64,000 nucleotides of DNA from assembly GCA_012295275.1 (NCBI GenBank), contig CM022667.1, forward strand, positions 6,882,001-6,946,000, read 5' to 3'. Each line of letters opens with the position of its first letter. Position 1 is the first letter of the stretch. Both the position numbers and the translations under genes were made by a program. The notes beneath the pieces are model-generated. The model was not told where the DNA came from. It searched no databases and saw nothing but the letters and a program-made list of their open reading frames with translations. Below, one piece after another: positions 1-12,467 of the stretch. Origin of the DNA: Chrysomallon squamiferum (taxonomy: Eukaryota > Animalia > Mollusca).

Positions 1-2802
1 TGTTCTCCCAGCCCAGTTGTTCAGGAACAATCAGAGATGCCTGCTACCAGTGAGGACAATCTGACTGACTTGAAACCAGTCACAAAATGTTGTGCACAAA
101 CACAGAGCACAGTAATCAGCAGTGTTCAAAGCAAACATCAACCAGATGAAAATAACAATTTCACAACACAGTGTCTCGGAAGTACAAATGTTACAGCTAT
201 ATGTCTGGAAAGTACAGATATTACAGCTAGACGTCTGGAAAGTACAAATGTTACAGCTGGATGTCTGGAAAGTACAAATGTTACAGCTGTATGTCTGGAA
301 AGTACAAATGTTACAACTGGATGTCTGGAAAGTACAGATATTAAAGCTAGACATTTGGAAAGTACAAATGTTACAGCTGGATGTCTGGAAAGTACAGATA
401 TTAAATATAGACATTTGGAAAGTATAAATGTTACAGCTGGATGTCTGGAAAGTACAGATATTAAGTACAGACATTTGGAAAGTACAAATGTTACATCTGA
501 ACATCTGGAAAGTACAGATATTAAATATAGACATTTGGAAAGTACAAATGTTACAGCCGAACATCTGGAAAGTACAGATATTAAATATAGACATTTGGAA
601 AGTAGAGATGTTACAACTAAATATCTGCAACATTTAGGTACGGCTTCATTTTCCAGTTCTGCTGACAAGAAGTCATTTGTTTGCAGTGATGAGCAACCTG
701 CTAATATTTGTTTTGCAGAAACCAAATGTTTTTACAGTGAGAAGACAACAGAAGAGAAACGAGAAGGACATGTGATGTCCTGTTACCATGGTGATCAGTG
801 GAAGAGGGATGAAATAACAACAGTATCTTGTAATTCTGTGTCTGAGCTGTTGTCACAGGATCATATGAAAGTTGATGACAACAAACTACAAAGTGAGGAA
901 AATGTTTTGGAATTTAATGTTATTATTCAGAGTGATCTGCAGAGATTTCAGCTTGGTGAAAGCAGGTGTAATATTGAAATCTTTGAATCAGACACTTGTG
1001 AGCAGAGTGTTAAATCAAGCACTGAGAGTAGTGAGCAGAGTGTTAAATCAAGCACTGAGAGTAGTGAGCAGAGTGTTAAATCATGTACTGAGCAGAGTGT
1101 TAAATCGAGCACTGAGAGTAGTGAGCAGAGTGTTGAATCATGTACTGAGAGTAGTGAGCAGAGTGTTGAATCATGTACTGAGAGTAGTGAGCAGAGTGTT
1201 AAATTATGTACTGAGAGTAGTGAGCAGAGTGTTAAATTGCACTGTTTTTCTGTTGTTGACAAACAAGACACATGTGTTAAAACTGATGAGCTATCTAATG
1301 AGACAGTGTGTGAACTTGAAGAACATGTGAATGAGGAAAGTGCTTTGAGGGGAGATAGTGGACTCTGGACAGATATTTTCTCAGGAGAGGATGAAGGCAC
1401 TGGACTAACAGAATGTGATGAGGAAGTATGGAATGTTGTCAGCTACAGATGTGTTGACAATGAATGTGGAAGTGAAGATGGAATAACCTTTGAGTTTCAG
1501 TACACTGTCCAGTCTGGAGACAGTGAAAACATGTGGAGTATAATGTCTGACTGTGTCGGGTTGTCTGCTGATTCACAGGAGACAAGTGAAATAAATACAG
1601 ACAGTCAAAGTGTTTGGTCTGACAAGCTCTCTGCTAGCTGTGAAATGTTAAATTTATCACACCATAAACACAACACAGGTAAAACCTACTTCTGTAAAAT
1701 CTGTAAAGAGACATTTGTAAATCCATTCAAGTTTTCAGCTCACTACAACAAAAAGTCTCACATCACACTGGCCTCCCATTTCTACCCAGATGCAAGTATT
1801 GGAAAGTCAGCAAACAAAAAACCCACAAATGTAGTACAGCATTTGAAGGCAAGAGACAAGACAAGGAAGCATGCAGGTACTAGATGTTGTAAGAAAATAG
1901 TAAAATGTCGGTGTAACAGCATCCATTCCAGTTGTGAAAAGAAGACCAAACTGTCGGGAAGAGTACAGAGTCTGTTTATGTCTGGTGTATTGTTTAGAAC
2001 GATTGGCTTGAAGAAAACAGCATCAAGCCAGCTTCTGAAAAAACTCAAATCACAATCAACAAAATGTTTAAGCTGTTTTTCAGTCAAAACTAATTACAAG
2101 GAATACAAAACTTGTTTAATGAAAAGCAGCAAGTCCAGGTCATACAAATACTCTTGTCATAGGTACAACTCTGCAATCAATGCTTGTTGTTCAAAGCAGT
2201 TTGTAACTGGAAAAGAATTCTCCATGTGTCCAACTAAAATTAAAAATAAAAGTGACTTTGTTGATGATAGTTACAAAATGTGTAACAGTATGTCAGAAGA
2301 TGATAATTTAAGAAGTAGCAGTAAAAGTGAAGAAAAGAATAATTTGAAGACAAGCAAGAAAGTAGACCTGGGCACTAAACAGCTGTTAAAGAAGAGAAAA
2401 CCAGTTTTGAAGTGTCCAGCCTTACTCAAACTACTGACTACTACTTCAGATCAGTACAAACAGAGAAACAACCGTGTAAAAAAGTCAAAACAAAGGTGCA
2501 GTCATAAACAAGAAAACAAAGTCTTCAACAAGTCAAAACAAAGAAATAGTCGTAAACAAAAAAACAAAGCTGAAAATAGATCCAAGCCAAAAGATAAGCA
2601 AAAACATAAAAAACTAAAGACTGCTAACAAAACCAAGGGTCAAAAATTTTATGTAAATGAGAAAAATCACAGAAATTGTGTTGGAAATAAAACCACAGAT
2701 ATTTACTGCAATGTCTGTGACAAAAGTTACAGTTCGAAAAGTCATTTATACCGACATTTTAGAACTGAGATACATAAACAACAATTACTGGAGAAAAACT
2801 AG
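1..2802 (+). CDS. C2H2 (matrin/U1-like spacing) zinc-finger protein, large 3' exon, 5'-partial
   Basis: Frame is open from base 1 to TAG at 2800-2802. Two C-x2-C-x12-H-x5-H motifs: CKICKETFVNPFKFSAHYNKKSH (~1693-1761) and CNVCDKSYSSKSHLYRHFRTEIH (~2707-2775). Acidic middle region and Lys-rich NLS-like C-terminal region. Confidence 0.75.
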   Translation, partial: CSPSPVVQEQSEMPATSEDNLTDLKPVTKCCAQTQSTVISSVQSKHQPDENNNFTTQCLGSTNVTAICLESTDITARRLESTNVTAGCLESTNVTAVCLESTNVTTGCLESTDIKARHLESTNVTAGCLESTDIKYRHLESINVTAGCLESTDIKYRHLESTNVTSEHLESTDIKYRHLESTNVTAEHLESTDIKYRHLESRDVTTKYLQHLGTASFSSSADKKSFVCSDEQPANICFAETKCFYSEKTTEEKREGHVMSCYHGDQWKRDEITTVSCNSVSELLSQDHMKVDDNKLQSEENVLEFNVIIQSDLQRFQLGESRCNIEIFESDTCEQSVKSSTESSEQSVKSSTESSEQSVKSCTEQSVKSSTESSEQSVESCTESSEQSVESCTESSEQSVKLCTESSEQSVKLHCFSVVDKQDTCVKTDELSNETVCELEEHVNEESALRGDSGLWTDIFSGEDEGTGLTECDEEVWNVVSYRCVDNECGSEDGITFEFQYTVQSGDSENMWSIMSDCVGLSADSQETSEINTDSQSVWSDKLSASCEMLNLSHHKHNTGKTYFCKICKETFVNPFKFSAHYNKKSHITLASHFYPDASIGKSANKKPTNVVQHLKARDKTRKHAGTRCCKKIVKCRCNSIHSSCEKKTKLSGRVQSLFMSGVLFRTIGLKKTASSQLLKKLKSQSTKCLSCFSVKTNYKEYKTCLMKSSKSRSYKYSCHRYNSAINACCSKQFVTGKEFSMCPTKIKNKSDFVDDSYKMCNSMSEDDNLRSSSKSEEKNNLKTSKKVDLGTKQLLKKRKPVLKCPALLKLLTTTSDQYKQRNNRVKKSKQRCSHKQENKVFNKSKQRNSRKQKNKAENRSKPKDKQKHKKLKTANKTKGQKFYVNEKNHRNCVGNKTTDIYCNVCDKSYSSKSHLYRHFRTEIHKQQLLEKN
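173..630 (+). repeat. 30-bp coding minisatellite (10-aa units ESTNVTAGCL / ESTDIKYRHL)
   Basis: About 15 copies of ggaaagtacaaatgttacagctggatgtct and variants, alternating as a 60-bp dimer in the 3' half. Confidence 0.95.
997..1240 (+). repeat. 33-bp coding minisatellite (11-aa unit EQSVKSSTESS)
   Basis: About 7 copies of gtgagcagagtgttaaatcaagcactgagagta; one shortened copy stays in frame. Confidence 0.95.
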
Positions 2803-2997
2803 TAACATAATAAGTTTGTTATATTAAAAAAAAAAAAATGTTCAGGTTTTAAAATGTTCTGTTAAGAAGCTAGCTGTTTTAAGGATATTTTGTCTGTTTT
2901 ATTTGTTGGTAATTTGACTGATAGAGAAATCACACAGTAAAGCTGAATGTTTGTCCCCCGTAATCATTTTTTTATATTTTCTTTGTTTCCTATATTC

Positions 2998-3036
<39 letters not shown>

Positions 3037-3439
3037 ACTTGGTGTTGTTAAATTACAGTGATTTGAATATAAAGTTAACACATCAAGGTATTTTGTGTAT
3101 TTGAAAGCAAGTAAAATAATGAAAAATTTCACAAATTATGTTGTTGGGTGATTGTTAACACTTAAATGTTTTCACTTCTATAATTTGATATCTTGAAGAG
3201 GACAGCATTATGTTTATCAAACAAGATATTCATGCTGTATTTTTCTGATTTATTTTTGTTTCATTGTCAAAACTTTATTTTAAAAAATGTTTTAGTTATT
3301 ATTTATTTTTTCAAATTTGTAATGAGTACACATTTAAGAATACCATGTACAATTGTTTTGGTGTTGACTACAGAATGTGAAAATGAAAACAAACAATTAG
3401 CTTTACAGAAAACTACTCAGAATAGTGCTTTGTTGAGAG

Positions 3440-3725
3440 GTTACTTAGTAGTCACTAAGTTACCTGTTCTTCAGAATTCCACTTTGCATCTAGTCACTGA
3501 GTTAGCCATTCTTTACAATTATAATTTGTATCTAGTCACAAATTTATTTCTTTAGAATTACACTATATCTAGTCACTGAGTTATCTATTCTTTATAATTA
3601 TAATTTGTATCTAGTCACAAATTTATTTCTTTAGAATTACACTTTGTATCCAGTCACTGAGTTATCTATTCTTTATAATTATGGTTTTTATCTAGTCACT
3701 GAGGCATCTAATCTTTAGAATAATG
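3440..3725. repeat. ~40/79-bp tandem repeat in the probable 3'UTR
   Basis: Recurrent tatctagtcactgagttatctattcttt / tatctagtcacaaatttatttctttagaatt units. Confidence 0.75.
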
Positions 3726-4082
3726 CTGTGTGAGAGTTATCTGTTCTTTGTTCATATCAAAAGTACACTTCAATATGATCAAATAAAAGTTTAAAGTACA
3801 TAGCAATTGGCTGAGTGACTAGATAAGAAATTTGATTAGCTGAACCATAATGTGTCGTTCATTATTTGATTAAACTTTGTTTTTTCATTTTCAGTATTTT
3901 ATTTTTCGTACATTACATTGTGATTATAAAACAGAAATAATAGAATTGTTCCAGATACAGAAATAATAGAATTGTTCCAGATAAGATTTTAATTACTCAT
4001 TTATCTTTCTGTTTACTATCTATTTAGAATTACACTCATTTTAGAAAAAAAAAAAAAAATTATTTTACTACTTAGCTAGAGC

Positions 4083-4124
<42 letters not shown>

Positions 4125-4173
4125 CTTTTTTTTTTCTTTTATTTTATAAAAATCTAGCTATAATTATTGGTGA

Positions 4174-4212
<39 letters not shown>

Positions 4213-4489
4213 TTACTATGTAAATACAATTGTTTATTTTTTATTAATACCAAGCTGAAATTAAGGGTGTTCCATTGTATACTATATAAATACTTTTCTT
4301 TTAATTTGTTTACTATCTAACTACAATTACTTTTCTTTGTTTAATTTTGTTTACTAGATAACTACAGTTAGTAGTGAATTGCTTTTCTTTACTACTTTGT
4401 TTACTATCTATCCACAATTACTTTTCTTTCTTTAGTTTTGTTTATTACCTTGCTCTAGAATCACTTCTTACTTTTGCCATATTTTATGT

Positions 4490-4520
<31 letters not shown>

Positions 4521-4647
4521 TTTTTTTTTAAAGCTTCTTGCTCATTTTTGTTATTATTGACCTAAAAAGTTAACATGTTATAACTATTCAGAAACAGCGT
4601 TATTAAACCTAAAAGAATTATGTACATAACAACACTGAATTAAAAGT

Positions 4648-4716
<69 letters not shown>

Positions 4717-5011
4717 TGTTGTGGTCAGCAGGTGGTATATGAAAATGTCTGATACATGCTCTCCTAACAAGACAACATAAAAGCATCTGAATCAATTCTC
4801 TATGACAAATGACTTTTTATCTGGTGTACTCCTTTTTCACTGAATATTAATTTTTGGTTTCAGTTTTAACTGGTTCAAAGTGCTATTAAGAATAGAAAAT
4901 TTGAGGTTCACATTTTGCTTCATTCCAGTCACATTTATTTTTTACATCTAGAAACAGTGTTTTGTTTTTGTAAGAAAAGAAAGACTTTTGTTGTCAATGT
5001 TGTTTGAAATC

Positions 5012-5017
5012 AATAAA
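5012..5017 (+). promoter_or_regulatory. candidate polyadenylation signal of the zinc-finger gene
   Basis: AATAAA followed by T/GT-rich sequence at the end of the CpG-poor domain. Confidence 0.35.
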
Positions 5018-5819
5018 GTGTTTATTTCTTGTTAATGTGTGAGTCATTTATAAACTGTCACTAACTGTCTCAGAAAATGATCTCAGTTCTAGTTAGTACA
5101 CTGCCTGTAGAGTATTTAAATATTCCTTGTTCCTAGTACAAGTTAGAATATACCCATCAACTGAACACCGAGTTCCTGTCTTTCTGTTTAACACACAGCA
5201 CTGATTTAAACGGTTGTCTGTAATTTACACATCAGCAATGATGACCAGCCTTAAAAGAAACAAAACAAAATAAGACAGAAAGACTACAATGTTAACAATG
5301 ATAATTTACGTAAAACCGATTTTAAATTGGAAATTCAAGATAAAATCTCCATTCCAAATTTTTGTATTTGTTAAGATATTGACTATATGTACAATACACA
5401 ACTGATGCTGATGCTAATGAGATAAGTTTGTATCCTCGAAAACCACGTCAGCTTACCTTCATCTACAGAAGTTAGAACATGATGACGTCAAGTTTCACGT
5501 TTAAACTGAGCTGTCTGAACCAACAAACATGTCAATGTTCTTCCTTACCCGTCAACTGGTCATGTCTGGGATAATTGCTCCGGACAAACCCTTGAGCAGC
5601 TTGAGGAGAACTTTGTGGGACATCAGATACCCACGTCTTCACCAGGGGAGTGGTCTGATCCACGAGACATAGCGGTTGTACTAGGTACCCGGGGAAATTA
5701 TACCCGATACTAACTTTTTGCATCTGTATCAGAAATTCTGTTTCTTGCGTCATTCACAATTAGTGCTGGTTATGAAATTAAAGTATGTTGACAACTATTT
5801 CGATTTAGTCATCTATTTA

Positions 5820-5874
<55 letters not shown>

Positions 5875-7114
5875 GTGCCTGAATAAAATTTGCATTTTGC
5901 TTTCACTCATTTAATAACATCTGAGTTAGTGCTATGTTATTTTGGCTGTCAGTAATTACCTAAACAAATATCGACGAGAAGTAAATCTTCCATACATTCA
6001 AAGAAAGAAATGTCATCACCGGACACTTTAAAGAGTGGGTCTAGAACGTACGTCGTGTAATGTGCATTACGACACAGTTAAATTCGGTGCACCAGCTGAG
6101 AGATCAAACAAGGTCAGCCTTGTTAAAGTGAACTTTTCCACAGGGACAAGACTTATTTATCAGCCTTATTGACTCTTTTCCCTCAACCGCAGCTACTTGA
6201 AATTGCAAATTTAGTTATACAGCTTCGAAATGGCTGCACTACTCTAAAACAGAATGTTGAGTGCTAGCTAGACCGAATATTTGAGTCTTTTGTTTTTAAT
6301 TATTCACCTTCTGAACAGACAGAAAATTCTAGAAATTATTTTACGACACGTACAAAACGATTGCACTAGATTTTCTCCTGAAACACATTTGCTTTTCTCT
6401 TTTCACTAAATCTCAATTCAGGAACATATATAAGCCATTTTTCATTGCAGTCCGGCTTTCTTTCTGATCATATCTTGCGCCGTTAATATACATTCTGAAT
6501 CAATCGAAAACGATTCCATTGTTTCATAATAAAAATAACAAAATAACAGTCTGCTAAAATAATGTTTGAAAGGTCTTATTTGATTTTATAACATATTGCA
6601 TTCAAAGAAAAAACTAAACAATAAGATAACAGAAAACTAATTATCATTCATTTACAATGTAACTTTCAAAATACGTGTGAAAAACAAATAATTTTTTTAA
6701 TCTCATTTAACTTTATTACTTCTGATATTTATCTGAACAGAACAGGTTCGTGTGAACACTGAGAGAGAGAGAGAGAGAAATGGATAGACAGACAGACAGA
6801 TAGATAGGGAAACCGCACAGGTGTCAGTCGCTATACTGTACACAGAACATGTTTTTAATTTTACTACTAAATTTGTGTTTCTTTATTTATTATCTGTGTC
6901 TTTGTTTTAATGAATTTTAGTGAATATTATTTTCACTGTAGATTATAATTTTTGATTTAACACGTTAACTTCAATCAAAAAAACATCATCTAGGTATTGT
7001 TTCTTAATTTAAACATGCAGAACAAATATTAAAACAATGAAACAAGAGGAAAGGAAAAAGGAATATCAAATGTTCTGTTAATATTTTTCTAGTGTGAAAA
7101 TATCATTTTCCCCT

Positions 7115-10100
7115 TCACATTTGAGTAAATCCAACAATGATTATGCACGACCTTAAAAGACAAAACAAAACAAAGGATATTATGTTAACAATGAAATTTA
7201 ACTTAAAACAAATGACATTCGAGTTATATATTTTAGTATTTAAACGATAGATATTTGAGAGAGAGTATGGCAGTTACTCACAATATAATAAATCCTGTAA
7301 TAATCCGTGTTGCCAGAAGTTTAGACGCGATAGCAGATGCTGGCAGTGCTGAAAGAATTAATACATTGAATACAAATATTACATTTAGATTGATTGACGG
7401 GAAAAAAGAGAGAAAGTTTAATAATTTATTTCTTTTCAACGATTTCTTTCTTACATATCTTTAGTAAAATTCACAATAATCAGATATTACGTTATCTACT
7501 TGATTTAGCGTCTTAACAATACGTAGTATTTAGGTATTAATAACACATACACCATACAGATGTATATCTCTACGTGTGAAGATGAATACAAGACAATGCA
7601 ACAATGATTATAACATTAGTTTTGTAATTCTACATTGAAAGTTAGTTTTATTTATAATTGTATAATAAACACACATATACATATAAACATAGGATTAAGG
7701 TAAAAGAAGAAATAAAACATCTCACTGCGTAAACTGTTCTTATCAAATGTCACTGTGTACTTGTTACTGTTTACTTTGTTTTTATACAGTGAACACCACC
7801 AAACAGTGAGATCTTCACTTTTAATTTGACTTATCTTCAAATTATATGTCTTAGTCTGTGAAGCTGTGTTTTCTGTTCCACTTCCACAGGCAGCAATGTA
7901 ACCAGTTGGTGGTTGATCAAACACAGAACAGTCTACTGTAGTCTGCTGTATTGAAATGACAGCCGATGTTGATGTTTGCTTTTGAAAGATTACAAGATCA
8001 TCAAGATCAGCAGAGTTATTTACTGTACAGGTCAAAGTATAAGACCAGCGAACTCGAGTGCCAGCCATGACTAGTGAGTAAGCTACAAAAATTAAATAAA
8101 ATTAAATTAATTTAAAAATTAAAAATATAGAAGTTATAGCTGTACATAAAAACCCTTTCACTGCGTCACACTCTGACGTAACGGAAAAAGAAAAGTGGGT
8201 TTCCTACCACTTTTTCCGATTATTGATATTTTGGATATGTTGTCTTCATTTGATCGACATTATTAAATATATAGATTAAAGAAATTCATGTTCTGATATG
8301 TTTATGTTTTGAAATATATTAACTGCTCGACATTTGTTAATGATGGTAAATATTCTTGATACAAAACATTTCTGGGTGACATGGTAATGAACACATTAAA
8401 CTGGGCGTGAGATATCAAACGAAAGCAAAACATCTCACGACTTTCAAAGTAAATTTCGTCTGTGTAATTCAATATGTGACAAAACAAATCAATTTTATGT
8501 AATTATCTTTTATTTTGAAACTAATTTTTTGTTTTAAAAGAAAAATACGAAAACGAGACAATCAAACACTGATTGTTATTCTACATTGAAAGTTATTTTA
8601 TTTATAATTTTATAATACACACATATATACATATAAACATAGGATAAAGGTAAAAGAAGAAATTAAACATCTCACCAGGTAAACTCTTATTATCAAATGT
8701 CACTGTGTACTTGTTACTGTTTACTTTGTTTTTATACAGTGAACACCACCAAACAGTGAAATCTTCACTTTTAACTTCACTTATCTTCAAATTATATGTC
8801 TTAGTCTTTGACGCTGTGTTTTCTGTTCCACTTCCACAGGCAGCAATGTAACCAGTTGGTGGTTGATGAAGCACAGAACAGTCTACTGTAGTCTGCTGTA
8901 CTGAAGTGACAGCCGATGGTGTTGTTAGCTTTAGAAAGATTACAAGATCATCAAGATCAGCAGCGTTATTTACTGTACAGGTCAAAGTATAAGACCAGCG
9001 AACTGGAATGCCAGATATAACTAGTGAGTAAGCTATAAAGAAAGAAAAAAATAAATGAATAAATTAATTAATAAATATAGAAGTTATAGCTATAGATAGA
9101 AACAATTAATTCTCAAATTTAGACCCTTTCATTACGTCACACTCTGACGTAACGGAAAAAGCAAAGCGTATTTTCTAGCACTGTTTCCGATTATTGATAT
9201 TTTGGGTATCTTGTCTTTATTTGTTAGGCGTTATTAATAATACAGCTTAAACAAATTCATGTTCTGATATGTTTATGTTTTGAAATCTGTTAACTGCTCG
9301 ACATTTGTTGATGATGGTATATTTTCTTGATACAAAACATGTCTGGGTGACATGCATTGAACACAATAAACTGGGCGTGAGATATCAAACGAAAGCAAAA
9401 CATCTCACGACTTTCAAAGTAAATTTCGTCTGTGTAATTCAATATGTGACAAAGCAAATCAATTTTATGTAATTATCTTTTATTTTGAAACTAGCTTTTT
9501 GTTTTAAAAGAAAAATACGAAAACGAGACAATCAAACACTGATTGTTATTCTACATTGAAAGTTATTTTATTTATAATTTTATAATACACACATATATAC
9601 ATATAAACATGGGATAAAGGTCAAAGAAGAAATTAAACATCTCACCAGGTAAACTCTTATTATCAAATGTCACTGTGTACTTGTTACTGTTTACTTTGTT
9701 TTTATACAGTGAACACCACCAAACAGTGAGATCTTCACTTTTAACTTCACTTATCTTCAAATTATATGTCTTAGTCTGTGAAGCTGTGTTTTCTGTTCCA
9801 CTTCCACAGGCAGCAATGTAACCAGTTGGTGGTTGATCAAACACAGAACAGTCTACTGTAGTCTGCTGTATTGAAGTGACAGCCGATGTTGATGTTTGCT
9901 TTTGAAAAATTACAAGATCATCAAGATCAGCAGAGTTATTTACTGTACAGGTCAAAGTATAAGACCAGCGAACTCGAGTGCCAGCCATGACTAGTGAGTA
10001 AGCTACAAAAATTAAATAAAATTAAATTAATTTAAAAATTAAAAATATAGAAGTTATAGCTGTACATAAAAACCCTTTCATTGCGTCACACTCTGACGTA

Positions 10101-12467
10101 ACGGAAAAAGAAAAGTGGGTTTCCTACCACTTTTTCCGATTATTGATATTTTGGATATGTTGTCTTCATTTGATCGACATTATTAAATATACAGATTAAA
10201 GAAATTCATGTTCTGATATGTTTATGTTCTGAAATCTGTTAACTGCTCCACATTTGTTAATGATGGTAAATATTTTCTTGATACAAAACATTTCTGGGTG
10301 ACATGGTAATGAACACAATGAACTGGGCGTGAGATATCAAACGAAAGCAAAACATCTCACGACTTTCAAAGTAAATTTCGTCTGTGTAATTCAATATGTG
10401 ACAAAACAAATCAATTTTATGTAATTATCTTTTATTTTGAAACAAATTTTTAGTTTTAAAAGAAAAATACAAAAACGACACAATCAGACACTGATTGTAA
10501 CATCAGTTTTGTTATTCTACATTGAAGTTTTATTTATAATTTTATAATACACATGGATATATAAATAAAACATCTCACCTAGTAAACTCTTATTATCAAA
10601 TGTCAGTGTGTAGTTGTTACTGTTTATTTTGTTTTTATACAGTGAACACCACCAAACAGTGAAATCTTCACTTTTAACTTCACTTATCTTCAAATTATAT
10701 GTCTTAGTCTGTGACGCAGTGTTCTGTGTTCCAATTCCACAGGCAGCAATGTAACCAGTTGGTGGTTGACCAAACACAGAACAGTCTACTGTAGTCTGTT
10801 GTATTGAAGTGACAGCCGATGTTTGCCTTTGAAAGTTTACAAGATCATCAAGATCAGCAGCGTTATTTACTGTACAGGTCAAAGTATAAGACCAGCGAAC
10901 TGTAGAGCCAGACATAACTAGTGAGTAAGCTATAAATAATTAAAAATAATAATAATAAAAAAATTAAGTTAAAATAAAGAAATTAAAGCTGTAGATAGAA
11001 ACAATTAATTCTCAAATTTAGACCCTTTCATTACGTCACACTCTGACGTAACGGAAAAAGCAAAGCGTATTTTCTAGCACTGTTTCCGATTATTGATATT
11101 TTGGGTATCTTGTCTTTATTTGTTAGGCGTTATTAATAATACAGATTAAACAAATTCATGTTCTGATATGTTTATGTTTTGAAATCTGGTAACTGCTCGA
11201 CATTTGTTGATGATGGTATATTTTCTTGATACAAAACATGTATCAGTGACATGCATTGAACAATAAACTGGGCGTGAGATATCAAACGAAAGCAAAACAT
11301 CTCACGATTTTCGAAGTAAATTTTATCTGTGTATTTCAATATGTGACAAAAGAAATTAATTTAATATAATAGTAATTTTATTTTCAAACTAATTTCAAAT
11401 TAACTAGTAAGCTGTTAATAAATAAATAAGAAAACAAAACAAAATAAATAATAATAATCGTACATAAAAACAATTATTGTATTATTAGTAGTAGTATTGT
11501 TGTCATTATACACTATCTGAAAATTATATATTTTGATTTAAAATATTTTTAAGTGATATACGAGTTAGAAAAAGTGTCTCACTTAAATGTTTCTTACTGT
11601 GTGATCATTGGTACTAGAAGGTATGTATTCTTTTATTCTCTTTGTATCGAAATGACACTTTCATTACGACACAGACTGGCGTATCCGGCCACTGCTAACA
11701 CTAACTGCTAGTAGGGAGCTCTGTCTGGATATTTTCGATATCTTCATGTTGCATGTTTGTTTGTTTGTTGTTGTTATTGTTTGTTTGTTGTTGTTTTTTT
11801 GTTTTTTTTTTTTTTTATATGGACATTATTACTGATAGACTATTTTCAGATTATATAAATACATGTTCTCACACGTTTCCGTTTGAAATACATTAGCTGT
11901 TCGTCATTCAGTAATAAGTTGTAAGTACGATATAAAACATGTCTAAGTGAGACTAATGAATGCGTTAAACTGGGCATGGTGAGTTTATAAGATAAATACT
12001 CTGGAATTTGTCTCACAGACTATAAGTTTGAAACTGCAGGACTACGTCTATCACGTCACAAATGTCACTGCTAGTTAATCATCTGACGACAGTGTAGTGT
12101 CGAGTCACTAACATGAAAGTTTAAATGGTGGAATAAAAGCAGACACATTGTCGGAGACAAATGTAAACAAAGTTACTAAGTGAGTTTCAAACATCAGATG
12201 TACTGATCACTGATTGGCTAATTCTAATGAAAACAATAATAAATATATTAAAACAATAGTGCAGGTTATAAATAATCAAAATTTTCTTGGACGTAATTTC
12301 ATATAACTAGTTTTCATAATATTGAATGTCTGAGTAACGTACTTGCTTAAGTTCTACAAAAAGCATATGTATAGTAAACAAGAAAACAAAACAAACAATT
12401 CATTACCTGAACAGATATCGATGTGAAGTAAAAAAACGGATAGAAGTAAAATGAGAAAAGACATCAT
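7115..12467 (-). CDS. Signal peptide + up to four V-like Ig domains + hydrophobic GPI-signal-like C-terminus (528 aa if all exons are included)
   Basis: Exons 12467-12407 (MMSFLILLLSVFLLHIDICS|gtaatg), 10929-10579, 10002-9646, 9032-8676, 8082-7726 (Ig, all phase 1/1), 7348-7282 (TLPASAIASKLLATRIITGFII), 7151-7115 (LSCIIIVGFTQM*). All junctions are GT-AG and join in frame. Confidence 0.8.
7726..8082 (-). CDS. Ig-like V-type exon, copy 1 (A type)
   Basis: tag|CTTACTCA...CGCA|gtgag, 357 nt. YTLTC (B-strand Cys), YNLKISQIKSEDLTVWWC (E/F strands), extra internal Cys pair. Confidence 0.85.
8676..9032 (-). CDS. Ig-like V-type exon, copy 2 (B type)
   Basis: 357 nt, AYSLVISGIPVRWSYTLTC...SEDFTVWWC...KSLP, intact AG/GT. 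Confidence 0.85.
9646..10002 (-). CDS. Ig-like V-type exon, copy 3 (A type, B-like 3' end)
   Basis: 357 nt, offset exactly 1920 bp from copy 1, intact AG/GT. Confidence 0.85.
10579..10929 (-). CDS. Ig-like V-type exon, copy 4 (B-type flank)
   Basis: 351 nt (2-codon deletion), AYSLVMSGSTVRWSYTLTC...WWC, intact AG/GT. Confidence 0.85.

Noticed and set aside
31-1400. Antisense and alternative-frame ORFs over the zinc-finger repeats
   Set aside because: By-products of stop-poor 30/33-bp repeats.
5457-5753. GC-richer patch with a 73-aa ORF and an AG...GTAAG-bounded segment
   Set aside because: No recognisable motif, and the candidate exon has stops in all three frames. Possibly a repeat fragment but unsupported.
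7751-7757. RSS-like heptamer CACAGTG near the 3' end of Ig copies 1-3
   Set aside because: It lies within coding sequence (YTVT), no ACAAAAACC-like nonamer follows at 12 or 23 bp, and it is absent from copy 4. No support for V(D)J-type recombination.
7652-10915. ORF-track Ig proteins with hydrophobic C-termini read as four single-exon membrane genes
   Set aside because: The hydrophobic ends are read-through past conserved gtgag donors into T-rich intron, and the ORFs have no signal peptide of their own.
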